A stretch of DNA of 64,000 nt from a virus. The notes under the pieces were generated by a model that was not told where the DNA came from, searched no databases, and saw nothing but the letters and a program-made list of their open reading frames with translations. A program made the position numbers and the translations under genes. How positions within the stretch are numbered: the first letter of the stretch is position 1; every line of letters begins with the position of its first letter. Of the stretch, positions 50,138 through 58,499 are shown piece by piece. Location: positions 4,340 through 68,339 of IMG/VR virus record IMGVR_UViG_3300034068_000289. One strand, 5' to 3'.

Positions 50138-50584
50138 TTATGCCTTTAATCCCATACGTGCATAACGTACAGTGATTGGCTTGATCGCAGGGTCTGGAGT
50201 AACTGTTAAAGTTACGGTATTTCCAGTGCGAGAGACAGTAATGGTTCCCATATTCCCATCGTTGTCGATAGTTCCAAATTCGTTAACAGATACATTTACT
50301 CCGTCAACCAAGATGGTCATTTCAGTAGCATAGTATTTATTTACGCCACCAGAATTCTTAGATATAGAGATAAGGTACTTGACCATTCTCCATTCAGTTG
50401 CATCAAAGTTATCAATTACTGATGCATTTTCAATACCAGTAACGGTATTGTCGTTATTGCCAAATACGCCTGCACGTGTTGCTTGTGCTGCTGTAGTGTC
50501 AATTAGATCTTCGTAATCTGCCTGTGATGGGCGATCACCAGTCTGGAATTTTTCTTTAAGTGCTGCGAGTGATATTTGGGCCAT
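50138..50584 (-). CDS. Fibre-associated structural protein
   Basis: F.TGD.P...Y.DLID N-terminus; C-domain similar to the C-terminus of the 48028 gene. Confidence 0.65.
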   Translation of the reverse strand: MAQISLAALKEKFQTGDRPSQADYEDLIDTTAAQATRAGVFGNNDNTVTGIENASVIDNFDATEWRMVKYLISISKNSGGVNKYYATEMTILVDGVNVSVNEFGTIDNDGNMGTITVSRTGNTVTLTVTPDPAIKPITVRYARMGLKA

Positions 50585-50606
50585 GTTGTTATTATAGCAT
50601 TATTTT

Positions 50607-50864
50607 TTACAGAATATAGTTGCTGTATCCAATAATGGCTACTCCTATCGGTGCTGGATTCTGCCTTGTATATCCATCTAAACCTATGTTAGATATACGC
50701 AGTCTGAAAGGCAAACTTTCATTTGCCAATACTTTTTTTGGTACTGATATTATTTCAAAGGCAATTGTATTTGCCTGATTGATTGTTAAGTCTGCAACTG
50801 GATTAAGATTTATTAGCCCAACAGCAACTGCTGGAATAATTGTAGAAACCAGTCTACTCGCCAT
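50607..50864 (-). CDS. Small structural protein
   Basis: TAATG-coupled; ends PIGVAIIG. Confidence 0.55.
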   Translation of the reverse strand: MASRLVSTIIPAVAVGLINLNPVADLTINQANTIAFEIISVPKKVLANESLPFRLRISNIGLDGYTRQNPAPIGVAIIGYSNYIL

Positions 50865-51271
50865 TAAACCGTTCTATCAGTTACTTCTGCAATGACGTTC
50901 ATAACGCCTCTGCAAACAGTCCAAACCACTACTGGGTCTGATAACTGTACGTCAAAGATATCTCCTGTTGCTAAAAGTTTACATTGTCCTGGTGTTAAGT
51001 ATACTGTAAATTCCCCTGAAAGATCAAACGCTGTTTTTGTTGGAACGGTTGAAAATAATAAAGATGCTCCACGTCTAAAATCTGCCTTAATTGAATAGTC
51101 GTTTGGATTAATGGCAACCTGTTTATCATCTTCAACATAGATTCTAAATGATGCGCTATCGCCTTTTACAACAGTCCACCTTACAATTGGAGGTGCTGCT
51201 CCAATTTCAATCTCGCCATTAGCATTAGTTGCCTGAGATGATGTAACTGTAGTTGTTCTTAAAGTTGGCAT
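50864..51271 (-). CDS. BppU-like baseplate/anchor domain protein
   Basis: VKGDS...FDVQL...G...V..EVT; paralogous to the 56846 and 58016 genes. Confidence 0.6.
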   Translation of the reverse strand: MPTLRTTTVTSSQATNANGEIEIGAAPPIVRWTVVKGDSASFRIYVEDDKQVAINPNDYSIKADFRRGASLLFSTVPTKTAFDLSGEFTVYLTPGQCKLLATGDIFDVQLSDPVVVWTVCRGVMNVIAEVTDRTV

Positions 51272-51289
51272 GTTTAGATTATACCACGA

Positions 51290-51820
51290 TTACGAGAGGC
51301 CAGCAGCGAGTGCGCCCCAAGTACCATTTCCTTTTGCCTGAACTATTACTACTCCTGTAGTTGCAGCGTGTCCAACAATTCCTACTGCTGCTCCACCAGA
51401 ATCAGGACGAGTCTTTGTTAGTCCCCCGCCAGTTGCAACATATAGAACATCTCCTGCTAAAAATGAACTTGTATTTACTCCTTCAACAACTCCAGCAACT
51501 ACAACAACTCCATTAGAGTTATTTCCTAAAGATGTTTTCGTCAAACCTAAAATTGGTTTTGTAATTATTGGCGTAGAAAGATCAATCTTAGTTCTAACCG
51601 TACCGTTTGCATCTACATTTGATCCTACAGCATAAACTGGATACCCTGCAGGAATCGTACTACCTGTTTCATTTCTTACAAGAATCTCAAAATATGAGAC
51701 GCCAAGGGGTGGAAGAATTGTCTCTAGTCTATCAACAATAACTTTAATATCATTAGTTATATCAACAGGATCCGAGTCTTCTGGATAAGGTATTGAGTAC
51801 TTAATCGAGTCTTTTGCCAT
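51290..51820 (-). CDS. Structural protein (fibre/capsid decoration-like)
   Basis: Y.IPYP...D..DI N-terminus; GD.LYV...GGLT.T.P motif. Confidence 0.55.
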   Translation of the reverse strand: MAKDSIKYSIPYPEDSDPVDITNDIKVIVDRLETILPPLGVSYFEILVRNETGSTIPAGYPVYAVGSNVDANGTVRTKIDLSTPIITKPILGLTKTSLGNNSNGVVVVAGVVEGVNTSSFLAGDVLYVATGGGLTKTRPDSGGAAVGIVGHAATTGVVIVQAKGNGTWGALAAGLS

Positions 51821-51846
51821 GATAATTAATTATACCACGCCTAAAC

Positions 51847-51886
51847 TTGACTTTTGGCACCAAACCCAGTAAAATTATGTTATACT
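51847..51886 (+). promoter_or_regulatory. Sigma-A-type promoters for the transglycosylase
   Basis: TTGACT-17-TAAAAT (51847-51875) plus TGtTATACT (51878-51886). Confidence 0.65.
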
Positions 51887-51934
51887 TATCAGTAGACACC
51901 TAACAAGGTGTTATTGTTTTCTAAGGAGGAAACT

Positions 51935-52489
51935 ATGATTAAATGGATCGAAAGAAACAAGGAAATCATCAGCATACTCAGTATTAGTCTGTTGATTGGA
52001 ACATCAATAAACTCTGCTAATGCTAATAATACGAAAAATAATTTAAGCCTGGAACAGGCTCAAGAAGCATCAAACGCCTCGAAAGAGGTTTTTTTGGTTT
52101 CTAAAGCAAATAAACTAGAGAGTTTTGAGAATAAGACATCTCTAACAGATTTAGAACTAAAAGAACTTCTAGGCCTGGTTGGCTTCAAGGGCAAAGACCT
52201 AGTTGTTGCTTGGGCTATTGCAAAAAAGGAATCCAATGGTCGTCCACTAGCCTTTAATGGTAACCATAAAACTGGAGACTCTTCATATGGTATGTTTCAA
52301 ATCAACATGATTGATTCTCTTGGTCCTGACCGCAGAGACAAGTTTGATCTTGAGTCTAATGCCGAACTCTTCAACCCCGTAAAAAATGCAGAAATTGCAT
52401 ACTATATGTCTAGGGGTGGGGAAAACTGGTCTTCTTGGAAGGGTATTACCCCTAAAACTAAAGAGTGGATGCTTAAGTTCCCTAAGTAG
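51935..52489 (+). CDS. Exported lytic transglycosylase (SLT/lysozyme-like)
   Basis: Signal-peptide-like N-terminus; AIAKKES catalytic Glu, YGMFQIN, NP..NA..A, WSSW; AAGGAGG RBS before ATG 51935. Confidence 0.85.
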   Translation: MIKWIERNKEIISILSISLLIGTSINSANANNTKNNLSLEQAQEASNASKEVFLVSKANKLESFENKTSLTDLELKELLGLVGFKGKDLVVAWAIAKKESNGRPLAFNGNHKTGDSSYGMFQINMIDSLGPDRRDKFDLESNAELFNPVKNAEIAYYMSRGGENWSSWKGITPKTKEWMLKFPK

Positions 52490-52491
52490 TT

Positions 52492-53085
52492 TTACTTACA
52501 AAAGGAAATAGCAGCATACTTTCTTCCACTTGTTATTGGAAGAACTCTATGAACATAATCTACCGATGAAGGGAAGATCAACAGATCTCCTGCAGACGGC
52601 TTAAAGGGTGTGCCAATATGATCCCTAAACTCTACCTCTCCGCCCTCATAGTCGTCGTTTAGGTAATAAACCATTGATACTAAGCATGGGTGAGGGGCTC
52701 CATTGTCTGAATGCCATGTAAGTTTTTGAGTTTCTTCATACGACAGCAACTCCCAGGCTTCTCTTTCTACAATCTTAAATCCGTATTCTTTAATAAAATC
52801 AATCAATGCAAGAGACGTCTGGCTAATTATTTTTTGATTAAGTTTTACCTTTTCTAGTCTTAGATCTATCCCAGCAATCGACTTATCTGCTTTGCCTGTG
52901 AATAAACTAAAAACGGTACAAGATCTTAGATTTGTATCGTACTGATGGTTATTAATTGTGGCATTTCTAAATCCAGCATCTGGATGCTTGACAGTAATTT
53001 CATTGGCTGCCTCAATAATTGACATTGGAGTTTCAGATATATTGTGGTATACCACTATCTTGTCCCCTAGTATTGTTTTTTTCAT
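52492..53085 (-). CDS. Prolyl-4-hydroxylase-like 2OG-Fe(II) oxygenase
   Basis: WHSD, YLNDDYEGGE, GDLLIFPS, HRV, G.KY. Confidence 0.9.
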   Translation of the reverse strand: MKKTILGDKIVVYHNISETPMSIIEAANEITVKHPDAGFRNATINNHQYDTNLRSCTVFSLFTGKADKSIAGIDLRLEKVKLNQKIISQTSLALIDFIKEYGFKIVEREAWELLSYEETQKLTWHSDNGAPHPCLVSMVYYLNDDYEGGEVEFRDHIGTPFKPSAGDLLIFPSSVDYVHRVLPITSGRKYAAISFCK

Positions 53086-53093
53086 TTTGATCC

Positions 53094-53681
53094 TTATCTA
53101 AACCAGTTTGGCATTGAATATTTTGTACCCGCTATTACTTCTTTTGCATAATGAGAAAATAGATTTGTTGATGGAAAAACTAAAAACTCATCTTTTTTTG
53201 GCTTTAATTCTAAGTCTATATATTTAAAATTTATTTCTCCCCCAAGGTAATCATCATTAATATAGTATACCGTAGACACTTGTCTTGGATATGCCCTGGA
53301 GGCATCTGTATGCAATTTAAAAAAATCCCCAACCTCATACTTTAATAAGGCCCAGCCTTCTCCCTCTAAATCAAAATATCCATAACTATTTTGATAGTCA
53401 TTAAGGCATTGTTTGACTGCAGCATCTACCGTATTTTTTAAATTGGATACCGCCAAAGATACATCTTCTTCTTTGTAAATTCCATTGAGTCCAAAAACTG
53501 ATCCTTGGCGCAATTCTGGTATTACTGTTGCAATATTGCCATTGCCTCGACCAGTTGTTGTTTTGCTCCAAGAAATTTTGCCATCTGTTACAAGTTTAGC
53601 AAGGGCATTAACATAATCAATAGATCCTGGAATCAAACCAGTGTAGCCTACAACTCCTGGAAAGTATTCAACCTTGTTCAT
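53094..53681 (-). CDS. Prolyl-4-hydroxylase-like 2OG-Fe(II) oxygenase
   Basis: HTD, YINDDYLGGE, FPS...H, GTKYS; TAATG-coupled to the Hint gene. Confidence 0.9.
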   Translation of the reverse strand: MNKVEYFPGVVGYTGLIPGSIDYVNALAKLVTDGKISWSKTTTGRGNGNIATVIPELRQGSVFGLNGIYKEEDVSLAVSNLKNTVDAAVKQCLNDYQNSYGYFDLEGEGWALLKYEVGDFFKLHTDASRAYPRQVSTVYYINDDYLGGEINFKYIDLELKPKKDEFLVFPSTNLFSHYAKEVIAGTKYSMPNWFR

Positions 53682-55135
53682 TATTTTGCCATATACATGT
53701 TGTGTACCAGAATATCTGATGCAAAATACATATCCTTCACTTCAGTATCAATTGAAACAACATTAATTAAATCGCTTATATACTCAATGGATTCAACCAG
53801 GACAGTATCTCCTTCACTATCAACTATGTAGTCTCCAACGACAACGCCTTCCATTGGAGAGAATCTCCAGAAGCCGCCTCTCTTAATAAACATTATGTGC
53901 TCATATGTTACATTTAATTTATTATTAAGGACATAGTGCCCTGGGTTAGTTAACTTCTTAATGTCTGTAACAGTTGTTGTTGTAAATGTTGAATCATCAA
54001 TATTATTAGAAGTCCATGAATCTAGAATTGTAGGATATTCCTCATCTGGCAATGACGAAACGCTCAGAGATAGCAATTCGTCTCCAATAACCAAATCTTC
54101 GATGTTCTTGTATGTTCTATCTGAAAGAAGAATAGGAGTTCCATAAGCCAAGCATCCATAACCGCCATAACCGCCCGTATTAATAGTATTAATAGTATTA
54201 ATAGTATTAATTGTATTGATCGTGTTAATTGTGTTAATAGTATTAATTGTATTAATAGTATTGATAGTATTAATAGTATTGATGGTGTTAATTGTGTTAA
54301 TTGTGTTAATGCTGTTATTACATGAATCTATACACTCATATCTTGTTCCAATTTGCTGTCCTGAACAGTTTAAGACCTTAAGTCTCATTGCTACACCACA
54401 GCACTCTGCTCGAAAAACAGTTCCTGATGGGATCTCATCGTCATTACATACGTTAATTGTGTTAATAGTGTTAATAGTGTTAATCGTGTTAATTGTATTA
54501 ATTGTGTTGATTGTATTAATTGTGTCTGGACAGTTACAGGAAACACAATTTGTAGTGTATGTCGTAGTTGGTGTTCCAACCCATCTAATCTGGCTTGCAT
54601 CTGCTGGACATCCTGCTGGGCAGAATGGAAAACTTGGGCACATTAAGAATCTTGCTTCTGCTTGACCGCTTATAGTCTTTAGTGTTCCATCAGTTCCTTC
54701 ACAGTAGTATTCTGTTCTAGTTCCAAGAGACATCCAGGGTCCATATTCGTAAGGGCATGTATTGGTGTTGATTGTGTTGATTGTGTTGATTGTGTCAATT
54801 GTGTTAATTGTGTTAATCGTATTAATTGTGTCAATTGTGTTAATTGTGTTAATTGTTGCAATTGTATTAATCGTGTTAATGGTGTTAATTACAGGAACAT
54901 AAGAATAGTAGGAAATAGATATAGTTGTTTCATAATCTACTGCAGTTCCACCAGGGATTGACTGTGAAGCAACCTTTTGATCTAGGCTAGCAGTTGGAGT
55001 TGTTACTGGGGTGCTAATAAGTGCAACACCTAGTCCAAGATTTTGTAAAGATGTCATTGCATCTCCATATATGAAAGTCGATAAATCTGGTACGACCACC
55101 ATACCTTTTCCAAAAAGCCCCAGTGTGGTTAACAT
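53681..55135 (-). CDS. PASTA-like + (INT)n repeat + Cys-rich protein with a C-terminal Hint domain
   Basis: VVVPDL...A...L..LGL...V.SQS...G PASTA-like domain; three INT repeat blocks; G|CLAYGTPI...TYEH...VGD...LVHN. Confidence 0.85.
   Translation of the reverse strand: MLTTLGLFGKGMVVVPDLSTFIYGDAMTSLQNLGLGVALISTPVTTPTASLDQKVASQSIPGGTAVDYETTISISYYSYVPVINTINTINTIATINTINTIDTINTINTINTIDTINTINTINTNTCPYEYGPWMSLGTRTEYYCEGTDGTLKTISGQAEARFLMCPSFPFCPAGCPADASQIRWVGTPTTTYTTNCVSCNCPDTINTINTINTINTINTINTINTINVCNDDEIPSGTVFRAECCGVAMRLKVLNCSGQQIGTRYECIDSCNNSINTINTINTINTINTINTINTINTINTINTINTINTINTINTINTGGYGGYGCLAYGTPILLSDRTYKNIEDLVIGDELLSLSVSSLPDEEYPTILDSWTSNNIDDSTFTTTTVTDIKKLTNPGHYVLNNKLNVTYEHIMFIKRGGFWRFSPMEGVVVGDYIVDSEGDTVLVESIEYISDLINVVSIDTEVKDMYFASDILVHNMYMAK
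54176..54310 (-). repeat. 9-nt coding tandem repeat, (INT)x15
   Basis: Counted directly; synonymous variation between units. Confidence 0.9.
54452..54523 (-). repeat. 9-nt coding tandem repeat, (TIN)x8
   Basis: Counted directly. Confidence 0.9.
54764..54889 (-). repeat. 9-nt coding tandem repeat, (I[N/A/D]T)x14
   Basis: Counted directly. Confidence 0.9.
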
Positions 55136-55144
55136 CTATAAGGC

Positions 55145-55795
55145 CTACGCTATCAAATCGCCAACAAGGATCCAGGTGTTCTCTTCTATTTTAATAAGTG
55201 TTGCTCCTGAGTATCTTGCTGCAATCTTCTTATTAGAATTCTTGCTCTGAATAGTTACTCCATTGGCTCCTGAAATAGATGTAAGGCCAACTCCATAACG
55301 AATAATATCAAGTCTTTGGCCAATTGCAAATGGAGTTGTGCTATTTGCTGGAACAACAACTTCATTAAGTGTATCTGAGTTAGCAATAATTGTTCGGCCA
55401 GCATCTTCTAGTGTAATAGTGTATGTTGCTGTATTTGTTTTTGAAAGAAGCAGGGTTGAGTCTGAGTGTGATCTCCAATTAGTTCCATCAAAATACTGAA
55501 TTTGGTTTATTGGTAATCCCGCTGCATCGTTTCTAACAAAACAAACAATTCCTTTTTTGTTTTCTGATGAAACACCAGTAAATGCCAAATCTCTTGCTGC
55601 TGGATTTAAGAAATTATTTACTCCTGCTTTTGCTTTAACTACAGACTCAAATGTTACTGTAGTTGAAAATTGTTGATCTGCTGACCAAGTATATGCTGCA
55701 CCAGTATTAACTGCACCAGCAATTGGGTGCCATTTATCTGTGGCTGAACTATATATGTATGCTACTTTAGATTCTGAATCAATAACTTTTGGCAT
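55145..55795 (-). CDS. Short fibre protein with the same C-terminal adaptor domain as the 46068 gene
   Basis: YT..L.D.G...VP.N....F.IG..D..G.G...ATLIK...W...GDL; start moved to the TAATG-coupled ATG at 55795. Confidence 0.75.
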   Translation of the reverse strand: MPKVIDSESKVAYIYSSATDKWHPIAGAVNTGAAYTWSADQQFSTTVTFESVVKAKAGVNNFLNPAARDLAFTGVSSENKKGIVCFVRNDAAGLPINQIQYFDGTNWRSHSDSTLLLSKTNTATYTITLEDAGRTIIANSDTLNEVVVPANSTTPFAIGQRLDIIRYGVGLTSISGANGVTIQSKNSNKKIAARYSGATLIKIEENTWILVGDLIA

Positions 55796-56247
55796 TAGGC
55801 ACCAACCTTTACAAACGAAGTAGTAGAAGAATCGTAAACCCACATCTCAAGTGGAGACGTTCCCTTTTTAATCCAAATTAAACCATTAACAAGTCCAGTA
55901 GTTGGGGTTGCTGACTGATACTGAGAGGTTGCAAATTGAATTCCGCTTCCACCAGTAAGATCTGAGTCTACCCAAATCATTCCATCAACAATAGAAGATG
56001 GTTCATTTGCTGTATAGGTGCTTCCAATTCCTTTTGCATTAATTGCTGCAATGTCAGTTTTAATATCTTTAATGTGACCTACAAGAGATGGCCTAACAAT
56101 GTCTGCCTCTGTTGATGGGGGAGTCTTTGATCCATAGTGATAAATTCGGAGGGCTTCCTGAATGTCTGCAGCCTCGTCCATTCCAGGAACCTTTGTATTA
56201 AATACGCCTGTTCCGTTATCTGTGTTGTCTATGTTTTTATTTGCCAT
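55795..56247 (-). CDS. Fibre/appendage protein
   Basis: P....G.IW repeats; ADIQEALR.YHYG N-terminus. Confidence 0.6.
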   Translation of the reverse strand: MANKNIDNTDNGTGVFNTKVPGMDEAADIQEALRIYHYGSKTPPSTEADIVRPSLVGHIKDIKTDIAAINAKGIGSTYTANEPSSIVDGMIWVDSDLTGGSGIQFATSQYQSATPTTGLVNGLIWIKKGTSPLEMWVYDSSTTSFVKVGA

Positions 56248-56265
56248 TTATTTTCACCTTTTCGA

Positions 56266-56844
56266 TTATACCACAGTAATCAGAATATGAACCTTGCGGG
56301 TATCGGCTATCTGAGACCATGTCCCTCCTGAAAATTCTGCAGCCTTAATCGTAATAGGCAGAGTAAGTGTGTCATTTGTAACCGTAACCGCACCAACCGA
56401 AATAGATGAAGCGATTGGGTTAGTTCCAACAATGCTATGCTGAATGTTAAAGTTTGCAGCAGTTAGGTTTTGATTGTTTGTTAAAGATGCAATCTTTTGA
56501 ACATTGAAGGTGATTGTTCTTGATCCTTCAGAAAAAACAACGTCTAGATTTTCTGAATAAATTGCGGGATTAACTTTAAGTCTTGAAGTCCACTTGTTTC
56601 CCCCAGGCTCAGAAATATATTCATACATGTAGGTATATTCTGAATCAGCCTTAGATACATTTATTGCCCAGTCCCCAATATTTGGAACTTGACTTCCTAA
56701 AGCGCCAGAGTTGTTTGGATTCTGGTTTGAAGAAAAAATTTTGCTTCCTCTTGTGCCTGATGGACCAAAGTCAACATCTAGGTTTACAATATCTGGACCA
56801 CCAATTACAGTGATAGTGTCTGTAGATAAAAGTAGTTCTGCCAT
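56266..56844 (-). CDS. Structural protein
   Basis: G..G.RGS.I...P...GD motif seen in fibre-type proteins. Confidence 0.55.
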   Translation of the reverse strand: MAELLLSTDTITVIGGPDIVNLDVDFGPSGTRGSKIFSSNQNPNNSGALGSQVPNIGDWAINVSKADSEYTYMYEYISEPGGNKWTSRLKVNPAIYSENLDVVFSEGSRTITFNVQKIASLTNNQNLTAANFNIQHSIVGTNPIASSISVGAVTVTNDTLTLPITIKAAEFSGGTWSQIADTRKVHILITVV

Positions 56845-56845
56845 A

Positions 56846-57193
56846 TTACGCTCCAGTTACGTCTGCTGTTACAGTGACTGTTCCAGTTAGAAGTGTATAA
56901 ATTTTTGTTGCGCCTTGAGTAATTTGAACATCATACACATACTCTGTTCCAGCAGTCAATGTTCTTCCAGTGGCAGGTAAAATTGAACAAGTAATATAAC
57001 TGTTGTTTGAAGCAATGCTGGCAGTTGCTGCGACGGTAAAAGATGGATTTTCTCCACGGGATGTACTTATAGTAAAAGTTGCACCGTAGTTTAAAAGTGA
57101 GAAAATGGCACCAGAAGAATCTTTAGGGTATATGTTGAACTCATAGGTGTCACCCTTATAATAGTTAATATTGTATGTGCCTGGAAATGCCAT
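56846..57193 (-). CDS. BppU-like baseplate/anchor domain protein
   Basis: YKGDT...YVYDVQI...LL.G.VTV.ADVT. Confidence 0.65.
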   Translation of the reverse strand: MAFPGTYNINYYKGDTYEFNIYPKDSSGAIFSLLNYGATFTISTSRGENPSFTVAATASIASNNSYITCSILPATGRTLTAGTEYVYDVQITQGATKIYTLLTGTVTVTADVTGA

Positions 57194-57219
57194 TATTCCT
57201 CCTGCTTAATTATACCATG

Positions 57220-57915
57220 TTAGAACGTTGAAATATAGATTGATTTTAAAACTGCCATGGAGTCTAGGTCTGCCCTTAGTTGTGGAACTATGCCACTTGA
57301 CTTGTCTACGCTATCGTCTAGATATAGTAAGTGGGTTGTTGATAGTTCGTAGTCATATTGGTATTTAAGGTTTGCAACAAAACTTGTAACAGCCTTACCA
57401 GTGTCTGGAAAATAGGATCTTGCCCAAACCTCAGTATTATTACCATATGTCGCTAAATCAAAAGTGTATGTAATTCTAAGTTGTGACCCAATGTCTAAAT
57501 GCTTTAGGTTGACTCTACGAGTTTCAGGATTATATAGACTTATATTGTCTTTAGGTAAATATTTTTCATTTGTTCCCTTGCCAAGAGCATCTACATAAAC
57601 GTCTACCCAGCCATCGTCTCCACGTGTTGCTCCAAGTGAAAAATTTACAGGGTTTCTATTGTCGTAATTAGCCCATCCATCGGCAAATAAAGACTTTCCA
57701 TCCTTGCCTGCTGGTCCACGTTCGCCTTGTACTCCTGCGGGCCCCTGCGGGCCTGTCTGGCCATCTAATCCCCTAGGTCCTGCTGGCCCCTGTGGACCTT
57801 GAACTGGTATATAAAGACTGCTGTCTATAGATCCTATTTCTTGTGATTGCTGAACTTGATCAGCGTAATTTGTTTTTCTGCTACCTGGAAAATCTGTGCT
57901 TTTGCTTAATGACAT
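57220..57915 (-). CDS. Collagen-like (Gly-X-Y) structural protein
   Basis: About 12 GXY triplets ([35 protein letters not shown]). Confidence 0.75.
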   Translation of the reverse strand: MSLSKSTDFPGSRKTNYADQVQQSQEIGSIDSSLYIPVQGPQGPAGPRGLDGQTGPQGPAGVQGERGPAGKDGKSLFADGWANYDNRNPVNFSLGATRGDDGWVDVYVDALGKGTNEKYLPKDNISLYNPETRRVNLKHLDIGSQLRITYTFDLATYGNNTEVWARSYFPDTGKAVTSFVANLKYQYDYELSTTHLLYLDDSVDKSSGIVPQLRADLDSMAVLKSIYISTF

Positions 57916-58016
57916 TACTTCTTAACCTTGAAGGTTTGTGACTTGCCAGACTGATATGTTATCTTGATAATTGATGGCAGGTTGTTTTTATTTTCAGAAA
58001 CCTTAATAACTGGCAT
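57915..58016 (-). CDS. Tiny protein (33 aa, not in ORF track)
   Basis: MPVIKVSENKNNLPSIIKITYQSGKSQTFKVKK; TAATG-coupled at both ends. Confidence 0.6.
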   Translation of the reverse strand: MPVIKVSENKNNLPSIIKITYQSGKSQTFKVKK

Positions 58017-58429
58017 TAGAGTGCTCCTCCAAGAAATGTAACATCACCAAGAACTGATATGGTTCCAATGATAGGGGTCCATATAACGTCTAGTGCATCG
58101 GTTTCCCCATTAATAGTTACCTGTACGTCAAACATTAATTCGGTAACTTTTGATCTATACCCAGTGCCCCAGTCTTTTGTGATAGAGGCTGGTGCCTTTA
58201 TAATAATAGTTCCTGCGGATGGTTTTGTGACTGTTAAAATATCAACCACGTCTGATTGCTTATCGTAGGCTGTAGCAATAAAGTCCCAGGTGGTTATGTT
58301 GTACGGAGTTACTTCATCATCATCTAAAAAATTAACAGTTATAGAGGCTGTATCGCCACGGACTACAGACCATTTGATATTTACAGGGTCTGCTCCAAAA
58401 ATTTCAGGGCCATAAGAAGATGAACTCAT
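58016..58429 (-). CDS. BppU-like baseplate/anchor domain protein
   Basis: VRGDT...FDVQV...G.I.V..DVT. Confidence 0.6.
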   Translation of the reverse strand: MSSSSYGPEIFGADPVNIKWSVVRGDTASITVNFLDDDEVTPYNITTWDFIATAYDKQSDVVDILTVTKPSAGTIIIKAPASITKDWGTGYRSKVTELMFDVQVTINGETDALDVIWTPIIGTISVLGDVTFLGGAL

Positions 58430-58446
58430 AATACTTGATTATACCA

Positions 58447-58499
58447 TAAAAAATGACTAATACCAAGGTGGTGGGTATAAGACAACCAAGGTATTAGTC
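58447..58499 (-). ncRNA. Candidate ~50-nt hairpin RNA (or terminator) with its own promoter
   Basis: TGGTATAAT at 58506-58514, then GACTAATACC...GGTATTAGTC stem and a T-run. Confidence 0.4.

Noticed and set aside
44686-54154. Canonical splicing inteins or homing elements in the two Hint genes
   Set aside because: The residue after HN is Tyr or Met, the C-exteins are only 4-5 aa, and there is no endonuclease domain; treated as autoprocessing Hint domains.
54216-54665. Plus-strand (IVL)n hydrophobic ORF
   Set aside because: Antisense shadow of the (INT)n tract; no RBS or promoter support.
57690-57805. Collagen-like tract as the obvious substrate of the P4H-like enzymes
   Set aside because: Prolines are in the X position, not the Y position hydroxylated by canonical collagen P4H, and no oxygenase is adjacent. 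Not excluded, but unsupported.
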